Shown here: piece after piece, positions 1 to 12,399 of the stretch | How positions within the stretch are numbered: position 1 is the first letter of the stretch | Layout of the letters: each line of letters starts with the position of its first letter | Assembly (NCBI GenBank): GCA_016748015.1 | Contig: JAAOMT010000572.1 | Coordinates: 186,001 to 250,000 of the forward strand | DNA from: Geosiphon pyriformis uo1 | Lineage: Eukaryota; Fungi; Glomeromycota | Reading direction: 5' to 3' | Length of the DNA stretch: 64,000 bases | Position numbers and translations under genes: made by a program | Notes under the pieces: model-generated | Database searches by the model: none | Told to the model about the DNA's origin: nothing | Seen by the model: the letters and a program-made list of their open reading frames with translations, nothing else

Positions 1-511
1 TTATTATTAAGAGTTTTGTTTTTAAAATTGGTTTTTTAAAACAATATTTGTATTTTTAAATATAGTTAAAGTTAATTTAATTATTGTAAATTTTGTTTAG
101 AATATAATTATATAACATAAAATAAATATATAATTACTAAATATTAAATTAAGTAGTTTTATTAATAATAAAGTTTTGTTTATAGAAATTTTATTAATTT
201 TTATTGATTTTTATAAATATATAATTTTTTTTATTATAGTATTGTCTTAATTAATTCAAATAATTAATTGTATATAAAAAACATGAATTATATTAATTTT
301 AAGATTTTTTATCTTTGTATTATAATAGTTAATAATTGAACTAAATTTATTAATAATAAAAAAATAAAAATAAAAATTTATTATTTTTTGTTTTAAATAT
401 AATAATAAAATTTTAATTTATTCAAATAAATTTTTTAAAAAACATAAATATTATTAATTTAATTATATTTTTTGTTATTAATATTTATTAAACTTAAATT
501 AATTTAGTATA

Positions 512-2100
512 TATTATTATTATTATTATTATTATGTTTAATAAATACAGTTTAAATATAATTTAGCATATATAAACAAATTAAGTATTTACAATTAAGT
601 ACAAATTATATGCTTACTATATATAACCAATTATTTAAATTAATTAAAACTATATTATATATTTATAATAAAATTAATATTATTATCTATACTTAAGAAA
701 AACAAATTATTTTTATAAAAGTCAAAATTAATTACAAAAATTTTATTAATCTTTAAAATATAAATCTTATTATTGATAAAACAAATACTTAATTTTATTA
801 ATATTAATTAATTTATTTTTTTCTATTGTTATTTTGTATTTAGCTTTATACAACTAAATCTTTTTTTATAGTTAAAACTATTAATACACAAAAAAAATTA
901 ATTAGAAAAAAACAATATTAGAATTTTTAAAAACAAATACAATTTTAATACAACAATTTTTAAATACAAAGTTTTTATAAAGCATGATATATTAAGTATT
1001 ATTAAATAAACAAAAACAGATAGAATTCAAAATCATAGATAATCTTAATATAATCTTAATAAATAATTTCTATAATTTTATTAAGCTTAATAACAATTTT
1101 ATTTTTGTATTTATATTTAACTTAAACATAAAAATGTAATTAAAAAATTCTATATTATCACAGTAAATACATATAATTTTTTTAAATAACAATTAAAAGT
1201 TATTTATATAATACTTTTATTATATAAGTTTATAATTTAATATAAATATATTTTTAATATATATTAAATATAATATTATAATAAATAATTAATTGGAAAT
1301 TTATTATTTTAAATTAGTTTATATAAAATTAAAAAAATTTAAATAACACAAATAATAATAAAATCAATAAATATATTAAGTATTTTGGTTTTTATAACTA
1401 AATATTATAAATAATTAAGATTTTTTGGCAAATACTTTTAATATATTAATTTTATAATATAAATAATATATAATATTAAACTTACATTTAAAATTTAAAA
1501 TAATAAACAAAAAAATAGTTGGTTTTAATATATAATATTAAACTTACATTTAAAATTTAAAATAATAAACAAAAAAATAGTTGCTTTTAATATATAATTT
1601 TTGTTAATTATAAAATGCAAAAAATATTTATAATTAAATATTAAATACTTAAAACATAAAAAAATTGAAAATTTGAATTAAGTATTTATATATTTTATAA
1701 ATAAAAATCAAATAAGAAAATTTCGAAAATTTATATTTGATTTTAAAGAAAAAATGTTTTTAAAAATTGGCTTTTTAATTTAATTATAGTTTTTAATAAT
1801 ATTAATTAGCTAAATTTGAAATAATAAAATTAGTTAAATTTATAAAAATATATATAAAAATAAATATTAATAATAATAAATATATAATATTAATCAAATT
1901 TAAATAAAAACATAATAAATATAATAATAAAATATAATTAATATATAATAAATTATAATATTAAATATAATTAATATAATAAATTAATAATAAAGAGTTA
2001 ACAATAAAATAAAATAAATTTAATTGGCTTAAATAACTAATTATGCATAAAAAAAGCATAAACTGTATTTAATATAAAATATGTACTTAAGTTATCAAAT
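512..2100 (-). mobile_element. Extremely decayed LINE remnant (3' end with (TAA)n tail)
   Basis: 540-680 resembles the LINE 3' end at 5550-5670 (ctatatataacca.ttat..aa..aattaa.ac) and is preceded by (tat)n at 512-534. The right boundary is a guess. Confidence 0.35.
1464..1587. repeat. 62-bp tandem duplication
   Basis: taatatataatattaaacttacatttaaaatttaaaataataaacaaaaaaatagttg(g/c)ttt occurs at 1464-1525 and 1526-1587 with one mismatch. Confidence 0.9.
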
Positions 2101-2981
2101 TGGCTTGTAATTAAATATTTTAACAAATCCAAATGTTTCAAGTTATGAATATTACATTTTGTATATTATAATTATCAAAACTTTTATGCTAAAAAATATT
2201 TGTCAATATATTTAAATGTGTAATTTCATCTAATATTATTTACCATTTTCATTTTTTGAACGGATTCTATCTATATTACAAGAAAGTTGCGATTTTCAAT
2301 TAATAATAAATTAAACAACCCTTTTTTTTTAAAAACTTTACAGTTAATCAAAATAGAAAATAAATTTATATCATTTGGAATTTAAAATTAAAAATGTTCA
2401 TAACTTTGATTTGTGGTAGCCCAAAAATACACTTTTAATAATTAAAAAAAACTCGAGCAGACCTCTTTTATCCTTTTATTTTGACCAGAACTTGGATGCA
2501 AATTAACTTGTCACATGATAATAGATGTCCACTTCTAGTGTGGGCGTATTATGAAGCCAAAATATTAGTATAAAATTTGTGATAGGTAAAAATTTATATT
2601 TTCAATGTAGAAAAAACGCAAAAAAAACACAAAAACACTTTCTAACCTAGGATGGAAACCACGGCGCCATTTTACATGGATAGCTATAAAATATTGGGGA
2701 AAGGACAGATTGGAGCACTGAATTGTGCTGTCGAAGATTAATAGATTCACATAGTTCTGGAGAGTTTACAAGCCGATTTGATTCTTGTTGTTGTTGTTGC
2801 TGTTGAGCCAACCGCAATTTTGCTATATATTCAGCATTTTCACATTGTGGCTGTCAACTGTGTCATGAAAAAGCCCAGAGAGAAATGTAGAGAACAAATA
2901 ATTGACTTATTTTCTTTTCAGTAAAATAACAAATACCTTGAGTAATAGCGTTGGAAAAGTCTTCTCGCGCTTTCTGTAATC

Positions 2982-4106
2982 TTATGGGGGCTGTTTGGGC
3001 TGATTAGAAAAATATTCCAAACGATCAATTCTCATTCTTTTCTGAAAGACATTAATTATCCACTTTTGTGAATTAGAGAGGAAAAGAAGATCAAAAAAAA
3101 GGAACCAATCTCATAATGGGCGCAAAAATGGAGACGAAACAGGCATAACAAGACCATCGTAAAAATAATGGAAACAATATGAAAAGACATTTTATTAATT
3201 AAAGATTTAATACGATAACCTACAAACCCAATCCAATTCAGAATTCTGTTCCCCCCGCAGCTTTTGCAACTCCTGAAAAGCACCACTAGAAGGTTCTGTT
3301 GTCCCGTCTTTCCAAGGTCTTTTTATTATAATATCTCCAGGTGAATCAATAGCTATTCTCGGTTCAATCACAGAGTTTTGGTCTGGATTTGAGGCAACTA
3401 AGTTTTTCAATAACAAACCAAAAAAGGATTAATTAGCTAGCAAGTTTTCTTTTGATATTGTTAAAATAATTTAAAAACTACCTTGAGCTACTTTCTGTAG
3501 AATACTTTTTCGAAATCGAGAGCAAGCATCACCTCTAATGAAAGTTCCCTGTTTCGCTTTCAATCTTTTAACTAATAAAACTCTACTTGTTACAGCAGCA
3601 AAGTTTTCTTGTGGCAATGCTGAAGTGGTAGTTCTAGGTGGTGTAGCGGTATATGGAAAAGTTTGGTCAGGTAACCATTCAATGGCAAGATAATTTTTGC
3701 ATGAGAAGGGAGAAGAAAAATGAGAACTATTGTGGATTTTTCTGCGCTTGGGAAAAGGAAAACAATCAAATCGAACTTGTGTTGAAATAGGAGATATTCG
3801 AAAGTGTGGAATTGAAGGAGAGATTTTTCTTTTTCGTCTTGGTTCTCCACCAAATATTGGCCACCATCCATGATGATTGATTATATATTGTTGTTGTTTT
3901 TTCAGTGAATCAGGAATTATTTCTTTTACTTCAGGTTTGTGGCTTAATACTTTCGCTGTCCACTCAAGCCAACTATTTGTAAAAGCATTCTTAGTCGCAA
4001 TACTACTATGCTTTGATAAACTTCTGATAAAAGCGTCAGCTTTTTGTGGCAAAGTATGAGCTGCAAAGCTACTTGGAAGCCTTTGTGTCTGTGAGTTTGA
4101 CGTCAT
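2982..4106 (-). CDS. Host gene, hypothetical basic/low-complexity protein of about 284 aa with NLS-like motifs; exons 4106-3482, 3397-3228, 3041-2982 (last exon uncertain)
   Basis: Long stop-free ORF in a CpG-retaining island. The GTAGTT..GCTAAT..TAG intron 3481-3398 joins ORFs 3471-4181 and 3207-3416 in frame (phase 1). GTTTGT..CTAAT..TTTCAG is a second intron. 4181-4111 looks like a 5'UTR intron (GTGACA..TTTAAG). PRRKRK and PKRRK motifs are present. Confidence 0.6.
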
Positions 4107-4181
4107 TATTCTTAAAGCAAGTGGGAAAATAGAAAGTAAATAAATGCTAAAGAAAGAGCTGAATTTAGAACTCGATGTCAC

Positions 4182-4500
4182 CTTAACTGTAAAAGAATTG
4201 TAGACTTAATACCGTAGAAAAAAACTTAATTTAAACCCACCACTATACCGCGGCAAAAGAAATGGTTGCAAATTACTTGTATCTTACAAGCGGCGTCTAT
4301 GAGCGTCAAAATATAGCGCAAAGTTGTTTATGGTTCGATTGAACAGTAATTATGATCACTTATCAACGATGATCACTGGCTGGCGTTGTCTCATATGAAA
4401 ACCAGTCACGCCTGATTGTTCCAAACTATTGGGCCAAGGTTGAATGCTACTAACTCAACTTGTCATTTCCTAATTCGATTGCATGCATATGTACAATAAT
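4182..4500 (-). promoter_or_regulatory. Probable promoter/CpG island of the host gene
   Basis: Many CpGs (ccgcgg, gcggcgtc, gagcgtc, tagcgc, cacgcc) directly upstream of the gene, in contrast to CpG-depleted flanks. Confidence 0.4.
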
Positions 4501-4990
4501 TAATCTCTTAAATCACAAATCTAATACGTATTATTAATTTTTGGTAATTCAAATTATTAGTGTTTTTGTATATGTTAAATTGAACCAATTTATAAATATT
4601 TTTATTTATATATGTTTAACTGGTTATAATATTAATAATTTGTTTTTAATTTTCAAGAGAATAATATTATTTAAAACAAAATAATATTAATTTTATTAAT
4701 GCTTAAACTAAGTATTATTCTTTTACTATCTATTTTAGCACAATTTAGACAACTATAAATGTGGATTATGTACTTTTAATACGTCAAAAAAAAACTAAGT
4801 TAAGCTATTTAAATTTTTAAATTTACTGCCAACATTGCTAAAATTTGTTAGTATAAATATATTAAATTTATTATTAAAAAAATAAATTAATTTTAAACAA
4901 AAATAAAACTTAAAACTTTAAATTTTATCTAGTTTTTATTGTTTTATTAATTTAAAACAAAAAATTATAATTTTAAAATATAAACTATAA

Positions 4991-5500
4991 ATTATTATTA
5001 TTATTATTATTTTAATACTATTATAAAATATAATTTAATTATTAGCTTTAAAATAAAATATTAAAATCTTTAAAAAGCTATAATTTACATATTTGGCTCC
5101 ATATAATTAATTATTAAGCCAATTAAAACTATATTATGCAATATTTACAGTAATATTCAATTTATTATCAAAAAAACAAAAAGTTACAAAATTAGTTACA
5201 TTAAAAAAATTCTTTTTTAAACTCTTAACTTCATATAAAACAGAAAATTTAATATATAAATCCAAATTAAATAAACAAAAATCATATAAAATAAAAATAT
5301 TAATCTTAATTTTATTATTAATTATAATATTTATAAGTAAAATAGACTGATTTTTCTATTTAATACAAAAATTACAATACATATTATGAAAATTAATATT
5401 AAATTATGCAAAAAAAGTCTATATTATTATGTTTAATTAATAAAATTAACTGATAAATAAAAAATAAAAAATTAATAATTAGCTTAATAATAACAAAAAA
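4991..5500 (-). mobile_element. Decayed LINE 3' end with (TAA)n tail
   Basis: (att)n at 4991-5010 is followed by sequence resembling the LINE 3'UTR (ccatataattaattattaagccaattaaaactatatta). Confidence 0.35.
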
Positions 5501-5531
5501 ATATAATACAATCTAACTATTTAATTAAATT

Positions 5532-8500
5532 TTTTTTATTAATATTTAACAAATACAGCCCAATTGCTACTTAAATACATAAATCAAACAAGATCCTAAA
5601 TTAAACACAGTTTATATACTTTCTATATATAACCAGTTACTTAGACCAATTAAGACAGCACTAAACATCTAATTTATCCACAAATAAAATCCTGTATAAA
5701 AAACCAAAATCTAATTTGAACAAATTAGAATGCAAACTAAAGCAAATATGAATATCAAATCTAATACCAAACTATCAAATCACAATAAGATACCATAAAG
5801 ATAACAAATTAGATACTGAAAAAATGACAAAATCATTATGTAATAGAAAATTATGTTTTTATAAAAAGATTTCAACTTGGCTGCAAGCAGCCAAATAGCA
5901 AATTTGTGATCTTTAATCAAATCACAAATCAAATTGATAACAACTGCACTATTATTGAATCCAGTACCTAAATAGCACATTGGATGCAAGCCACACTTGA
6001 ATAATTAGAGTCATATAATCTCTTTTTTTTGACCACCAGTAAGCAATAATGCAAAGTTTTCATAAAATAAAACTAAAGTGTTATCAACAATATATTGATA
6101 TAGCTGGAGTGAATCTTGCTATTAGATTGTCAAACACTAAAGATTTTAATCATGTCAAAATCAATATTACTGTTTATATTTATGATATCATCAATACACT
6201 TGGCTTTTCATCCAATAAAATTAACAATAATAAACAGGCACTTAACAAAATAATAAGCATTTTCAGAAATAAGTCTGCTTTTAATGTTAAAAAACTAACA
6301 TGACATATTAAGAGACAATATAAAATTAGAAGCAGTTGCAGTGTTGGTATAAAAATCAGCATGTTTGTTTCTAACAACATTAAAAAAACCTTTAACTTTC
6401 TTCCAAAAAACAGATAAACTCTTATTCAAAATAACATGATAAATATGCTTTTTTTCAATTCAGTACTTATCATAAAAATCAGAACTAAATACATTTTTGT
6501 TAAAGTTGCAAATGTCCAATAAAGTCTGGCTATTTGTGAACAAAATAACAGAACTAGAAATAAGTACACATTCCAATATAAGAGCAATGGCTTGTAATTC
6601 CATCAAAGTTGAAGACAACAAACCATCAACTTTGACCCCAATACTTATATTAACATTCAAAAAATAAGCAACAGTATTACTATAAGCACCAACTGAACCC
6701 AAATTTTTTACAGAGCCATTCATAAAAACTTCTACAGAATACAGTTCTGAATTCAACAGATATTTACAAATAAAACCAAAGTCACAAGAGTAGTCAACAA
6801 GAGCAAAATAAAAACTCAGCATTCTATTACTTGTCAAACTATCATCACTAATAAACTTAACCAATAAATTAGACCAAACAGGAATCAAATCTTTGAGATC
6901 CAACTTTTTCTACCTGCAAAAGATGTTTTATGTAACATACATGTCATAACAGTTCAAAAGCTGGTCCGCAAAAACAATGCTATATTTCTTGAGAGACTTA
7001 GCCACATCCAAATAACAGTTCAAATCCAACATTTCATGATTATAACACTTTTTTTGGTTCAAAAGACATCAGACAGCACACCACTAAAAAACAGGTTGCA
7101 AAAAACAAGAATGAATATTACACCTGTCAGAAAACAATTTATGAGATTAATTAACAAAATAACTGAAAATCAAAGAAGATCCTAGAACATTCAGCTAGTA
7201 GTCTGCAGATCTATAGCTCTATACTTAAACAAATTGCTGAGAATTCTATTAGTATTAGCAAAATTAACCAAGCCAGTCATTAAATTTTCAGAAAGCATTT
7301 GTTTAAAAGTTTTTAAGTCATATAACTCAAGATGATACAATGTCTTATTCAGGAAGTTTTTAAGCAGATTAGTCTTAAGTTTTAATCTTTTTCTTAATAT
7401 TTTGTTCCATTTTTTATACATGCTCTTTAAAACACAACTGAACTGCAACTTATAACTAATAATTGACTGTAAAACAGCAGACACCAAATACAAAAACTGC
7501 TTTTTAGTAATGGTTTTCCTTAAAACTACATTAGAAAAAAACCTGATATCCAAATAAGCTTTGGCTAAACTAGACTTGAATAAAACATTAGTCAACAGAA
7601 AAATACCTAAATACCTATAAGATTTGCTTCTTTTGACTATTGAGATTTTTAAATCATTAATAAACAGCAAAGTTTTTATAACATCTTGGTTAATAGTAAT
7701 GACTACAGTTTTGTCTGTATTAATTAAAATATTATTAATTAAAAAAAACTTACTAACAATATCCAAAATACATTGTGTAGCTATTATGCAATTTCCAATC
7801 CAAATAGTGTTATTAATAAAGACATCCATAGCAAGAAAAAAAGTTTTGTCATCTCCAAAATCAGCTTTGTCAGTCTTTGTGAAAAACTTTAAGCTTATCT
7901 TATAGCCAAATAGTTGTTTATGCTTTTTAATCTTACAAAACAATAGATTATAAAAAATCTTTCACAGTAGTAGTAAAAAGATCTTCTCTTAATCCAAATT
8001 ATTATAAACAATGTATCCATCAGTAAGCCTAAAATTTGTTATTATCTAGTTAGTTCTATTGTTGTGTATACTACCAAAAAACTCAATAAAACAAAGATAT
8101 ATCTTAATCTTACTTAGGCTGTTATGCAAGTCAGGCTACTTAACTAAATTATATACTTTTCACATATTCTAAAGAACCAACTACAGCTTTCTGTTTTTTT
8201 TCAATATATTCTCTACTAATAAACCAATAGCAAAAATTGGGGTCTGTATAGATGTGTTTTTAAGAAAAAAAAATTGTCACCATACAAGACATCATATTTA
8301 GTGCAAGCCAAAAAAATTCTGTTTAAAAAAATTTTTGACAAGATCTTCTAGACTGTTTTAATTAAAGCTATTAGTTTGGTATTGGTAAGAATCTTTTCTT
8401 AGTTATAAGACTTTGGTATCATAGAAACTTAGACTTGTTTTTATTGTGTAAAAACCAAGCCTAATACCAGATATATATTAAAAATATTTAACAAACCAGC

Positions 8501-8690
8501 CAAAATCTGTTCATTATTATGTTTTTAAAGTTCATTAAGAATACCCAAAAAACCAGCAATTTTGCTATCAGGTAGATCTCTAACAACACAGAGAAACTTA
8601 TTAACTTTGATATCATACATAACTCCTACAAAAACATTATTATTTACATAATCCAAAAAAACATATTAATTAGATCAGGATTTAGATCAT
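5532..8690 (-). mobile_element. LINE copy 1, 3' half (RT, RNase H, 3'UTR, polyA); split by the Gypsy stack
   Basis: ORFs 7191-7943 (FINNTIWIG, YRYLGIFL) and 6460-6903 (RNase H, FMNGS..GLLSSTLMELQAI) are homologous to 39295-41595. Poly-T lies at 5530-5537. Confidence 0.9.
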
Positions 8691-9111
8691 TGTTACCCAA
8701 ATAGAAAAACCAATTCAAAATTATAGAAAAAATATAACCAAAAACATGATGACATAAAATAACACAGGATAATACAAAAAAACACAGAATAATATATAAT
8801 AACTCAGAATAACATAATACAAAACTTAATAACATATTATAATATAAAATAACTAATTAAAACATAAAATAACTAATAATAATATAAAAAAATGAAGCAA
8901 TAACAGAAATAGTAAAGCAATAGCTAGCAAAAATAAAACAATTAAAAAGCAATCCTATAAAACAAAAAAATATATAAAAATGAATAGTTGTAAAAGCTAA
9001 AAAAGATAGATAAGAATCAATTTTCTTTTCTTATAACTATTACATCTTATGCAAAATAAAAAATTTATTTGAAATCTAAAATTATTAATATATAGTCATC
9101 AATCATCCCAT
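8691..9111 (+). repeat. 5' LTR fragment of element A, with a 10-bp-period array (about 8751-8890)
   Basis: Starts TGTTAC and aligns to 24193-24612 almost only by transitions. Units resemble aacacagaat/aacataaaat. Confidence 0.85.
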
Positions 9112-9495
9112 TGTTATACTTAAAAAAAGAGAAAAATAATACATAATCAAAAAGAGAAAAACACATAATTACAAATTAGCCAATTAGAATAAAAAAAGAG
9201 AAAAAAAGATTTTTTAGGAAATTTTGGATGTTTCAAAAAATCCAGAATTATTCAAGAAATTCCAAGATATTTTAGAAAATTTGAGAATTTTTCAAGAAAT
9301 TCTGGATGTTTTAGGAAATTAAAGATTTTGTAAGAAATTTAGCAAAGAAAAAGGATTTTTTATGTAAAAAAAATTATGTATATATAATAGTAGTATTAAA
9401 AGCAGAAAAGACAGATTTCTTGGATTTTTGACTTTTTTTCTTATCTATTTCCTAATCACTTCAAGAATAGTTCATATTTACTGAAGTGAAATCAT

Positions 9496-10250
9496 TGTTA
9501 CAAATGATTATTTGGGGTCTCAAGTCAAATAACAAATCCGTAACTTGGTGTTTAGTTAGTACTCGGGTGTTGATATTTAAAAGTTTTTGTTGTGGAGTTT
9601 TTTGTATAATGGACAGAGATTTAATAGTTGTTTCAGTAGCCTTCTGGAATCACAATTCCATTGAATTTTTTTTTTAGTGTGGTGGCTGGTAATCCTTTTG
9701 GTAAGCTATTTTCAAATCTATGAGTGTTCTACTCTTGTTTCACAGGTCTTTTACCAGTCCCTATGATGTCTGTATCTCAGCACTTAATTTTTAATCAATT
9801 TAGTAAAACCAAAAAAATAACAAAAAAAAATAAAAAAAAATAAAGAAATAAACAAAAGCAATTGCAAGTTAGTATCCTGTCAATAACTGTGATTAAGAAC
9901 TATTGTTTCAGTATGGTTAAGTATTAATTACTATCAACATGAAGTGTTGATAGTGGAAAGTAAATTTGGATGGTAATAGTTATTTATTTGATATTTGTGA
10001 ATAGAAGGTTGCTTAGATCAAATCTAAATTAAGAGGTCTGTCTTTTCTACTTCTAATGCTACCACTATATATACATAATTGATGTTCTACAAGATCACTC
10101 ACATTTTCAAGTGATGTGCTATGATTTCTTGAGCAATGTGCTCTAATTTCTAACATTGCTCCACATTGCTGAGCAATGTGCTCACATGCTAAATATTATT
10201 TTTTCATTGGTCTGCTATTTTCTATATCTGTTTTCTTTTTATGAGTAACA
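9496..10250 (-). repeat. 3' LTR of element C (755 bp)
   Basis: Direct repeat of 18667-19531. Confidence 0.95.
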
Positions 10251-10266
10251 TTATCTCCTCCTTTTT
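10251..10266 (-). promoter_or_regulatory. Polypurine tract of element C
   Basis: Minus strand AAAAAGGAGGAGATAA abuts the LTR start TGTTAC. Confidence 0.85.
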
Positions 10267-10897
10267 AATATTGAGCTCCATCAAAATTTTCATTTTGAAT
10301 TAATTCCAATACTTTTTTTTCAAGCATTGTTTGTTCGATTCTGTTTTTTATATCTTCTACTTGTGTATTGTTTATTCTTTCTTATTGGTTAATGGTTATA
10401 GTTTCCATGTCAGAGTGTAACATTTCTGGATAGTTTCGAAATATGTTGTGTAGTCAGTACATTGTTTTAATATGTAGTGTTGAATTTATTTTCTTTTCAA
10501 TAAATTTTTCAATTTGTTGTATTATGTCTTGGTTAAATATTCTCTTGGATTTGTTGGTATACAACTCTTGAATATTTAACTTCTGACTTAACTGGTAGTA
10601 ACAGTATGATATTGGAAGTTGTTTTGTCTATTGCTTTCAATTCTCTTTTATAAGTTCTTCTGTTGGTGTCATAATAGATATTTTCCCAAAAGTGTTCTTT
10701 ACTTTTTCTATTATATTATTTGACCAGTTTTTACCATTCTTTGGTAACCGCTAATATGGGGTGTTTTTTGTTTTTCTTTTGGTGTTTCGATAGCAAATTG
10801 TTTGGTTGTTAATGATAATTTCCATGTCTAACTGTTGTTGACTTAAGGTCTGGAACAGTTGTTGAGCTATAGTGTAAATATGATCTGGTATTTCCAT
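10265..10897 (-). pseudogene. Extra ORF3 of element C (unknown function, disrupted)
   Basis: Reads MEIPDHIYTIAQQLFQTL...KQLPISYCYYQLSQKLNIQELY...IQQIEKFIEK...GAQY*. Homologous to 23407-24179 and 60120-60782. Confidence 0.7.
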
Positions 10898-10959
10898 TTT
10901 CTTGGTTGCTTTTGTCGCATGTATTGTGCCTTTATATACTCTTTTGGGTTGTTCGATTT

Positions 10960-12200
10960 GATGTGTTTGGTTCAATAACTATGATTGGTTCCAGATCTCG
11001 TGAAATCTCATCTGATTGAACTAGTATTCTTTGTACTCCTAGTTGTGGAATGTTATTGGTAGATGATAATGCTATCTGGTGATATGGTTTCAATCGATCA
11101 CCATGTGCTGCTTTGGTTAAAATTTTGTTGTCCTATCTTAATTTATAAGCTCTACTTCCAAGAATTTTTTCTATGTAAAATGGTCTATTCCATTTGGGGT
11201 CAAATTTTCCACTTCATTGTTTTTCTGCTTTGGTATAATGTAAAAGTACTTTGTTTCCAATCTTGAATTCAACTGGTTTATCTGGTAGTTGGTTATCATG
11301 TCTTTTTTTTTGTCTCTCTTGTAACTTCTAGATGTTATCAGCTGTTCTTTGTCATTTATTTTCTAATGTTTCCATTAAGTCATATGTTTTTCTTAGTAAC
11401 ATTTCCTGAAAATTATCTTCAGTTATTGGTTCTGTTAAGTAAGTATTGACTTCTATCTCAATTGGTAATGTTGCTGTTCTACCATATACTAATTCAAATG
11501 GTGTTGCTTGTGTAGTGTCTTGTTTTATTGTTCGATAAGCAAATAATACTGATGATATAAACAAATTCCATTTGTCTTGGTTTTCTTGACTGATTTTGGT
11601 GATTGCTTCACACAATGTTCTGTTAAATCTTTCAACTAGTTTATTGGTTTGTGAATGATATGGTGATGATAATAGTCTTTTGATTCCAAATCTCTGACTT
11701 AATTCTGCTAATGTTCTGTTCACAAAGTGAGTTCCTTGATCTAATAATAGTTTTTTTGGACATCCGTGTTGACAGATCAAATCTTGATGAACAAATTCAA
11801 CAATAGATTCTGCATCTGCTCTTTGAATGGCTTTTGCTTCTGGCCATTTAGTGAGATAATCCATAGCTACTGCAATATTTCTGTTGCCTCTGCTGGTAAT
11901 TGTTAATGGTCTGACTAAGTTAATTCCAATGTGATTGAATGGTTGTCCCACTTTAATTGGTCTTAATGGTTCACTGGGTCTTGTTCCTCCTTTTCTCTGA
12001 CAAGCATCACAATTTTGAATATATTGGATGATATCTGAATACATTGATAGCCAATAGTATCTTTTTCTGGTTCTTTCTATGATTGCTTCTTTATGAAAAT
12101 GTCCTGCTGTTGGGTCTGAATGCATGTTGAATAATATTGTTTTTTTCTCTGGTTCTGTAATTACTCTGATTGGTTGATCTGGATTTTTTCTGTTTTTTTG
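10960..12200 (-). pseudogene. Gypsy integrase (HHCC, rve core, GPF-like tail, no chromodomain)
   Basis: MHSDPTAGH..CDACQR, DQGTHF, SPYHSQTNKLVERFNRTL, TPFELVYGR; tail KFDPKWNRPFYI. Confidence 0.95.
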
Positions 12201-12399
12201 GTAAAGTATATTTTGATAATTAATAAAATATTTTGATTGTTGTTTAATGTTTCTTTGTTCTTTTTGAAATAATTTCTCCTTGAACAGTTGGGTATTTATA
12301 TAATGTTGTAGTTGTTGGTATTTTTGTATATTTATTTTTTGTTATATTTTTGGTTTGAAATGTTTTTAGATTTGTCTCATTTATGATAGTCCATTGACA

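Noticed and set aside
2340-2545. Possible MITE/Helitron end (cataactttg, ..ctagtg)
   Set aside because: No partner TIR, TSD or convincing subterminal hairpin was found.
4107-4181. N-terminal 25 aa of the 236-aa ORF as a signal peptide
   Set aside because: It starts at GTG and looks like a GT..AG intron ending just before the ATG at 4106.
10265-10897. ORF3 as an envelope gene
   Set aside because: No signal peptide or transmembrane helix is visible in any of the three copies.
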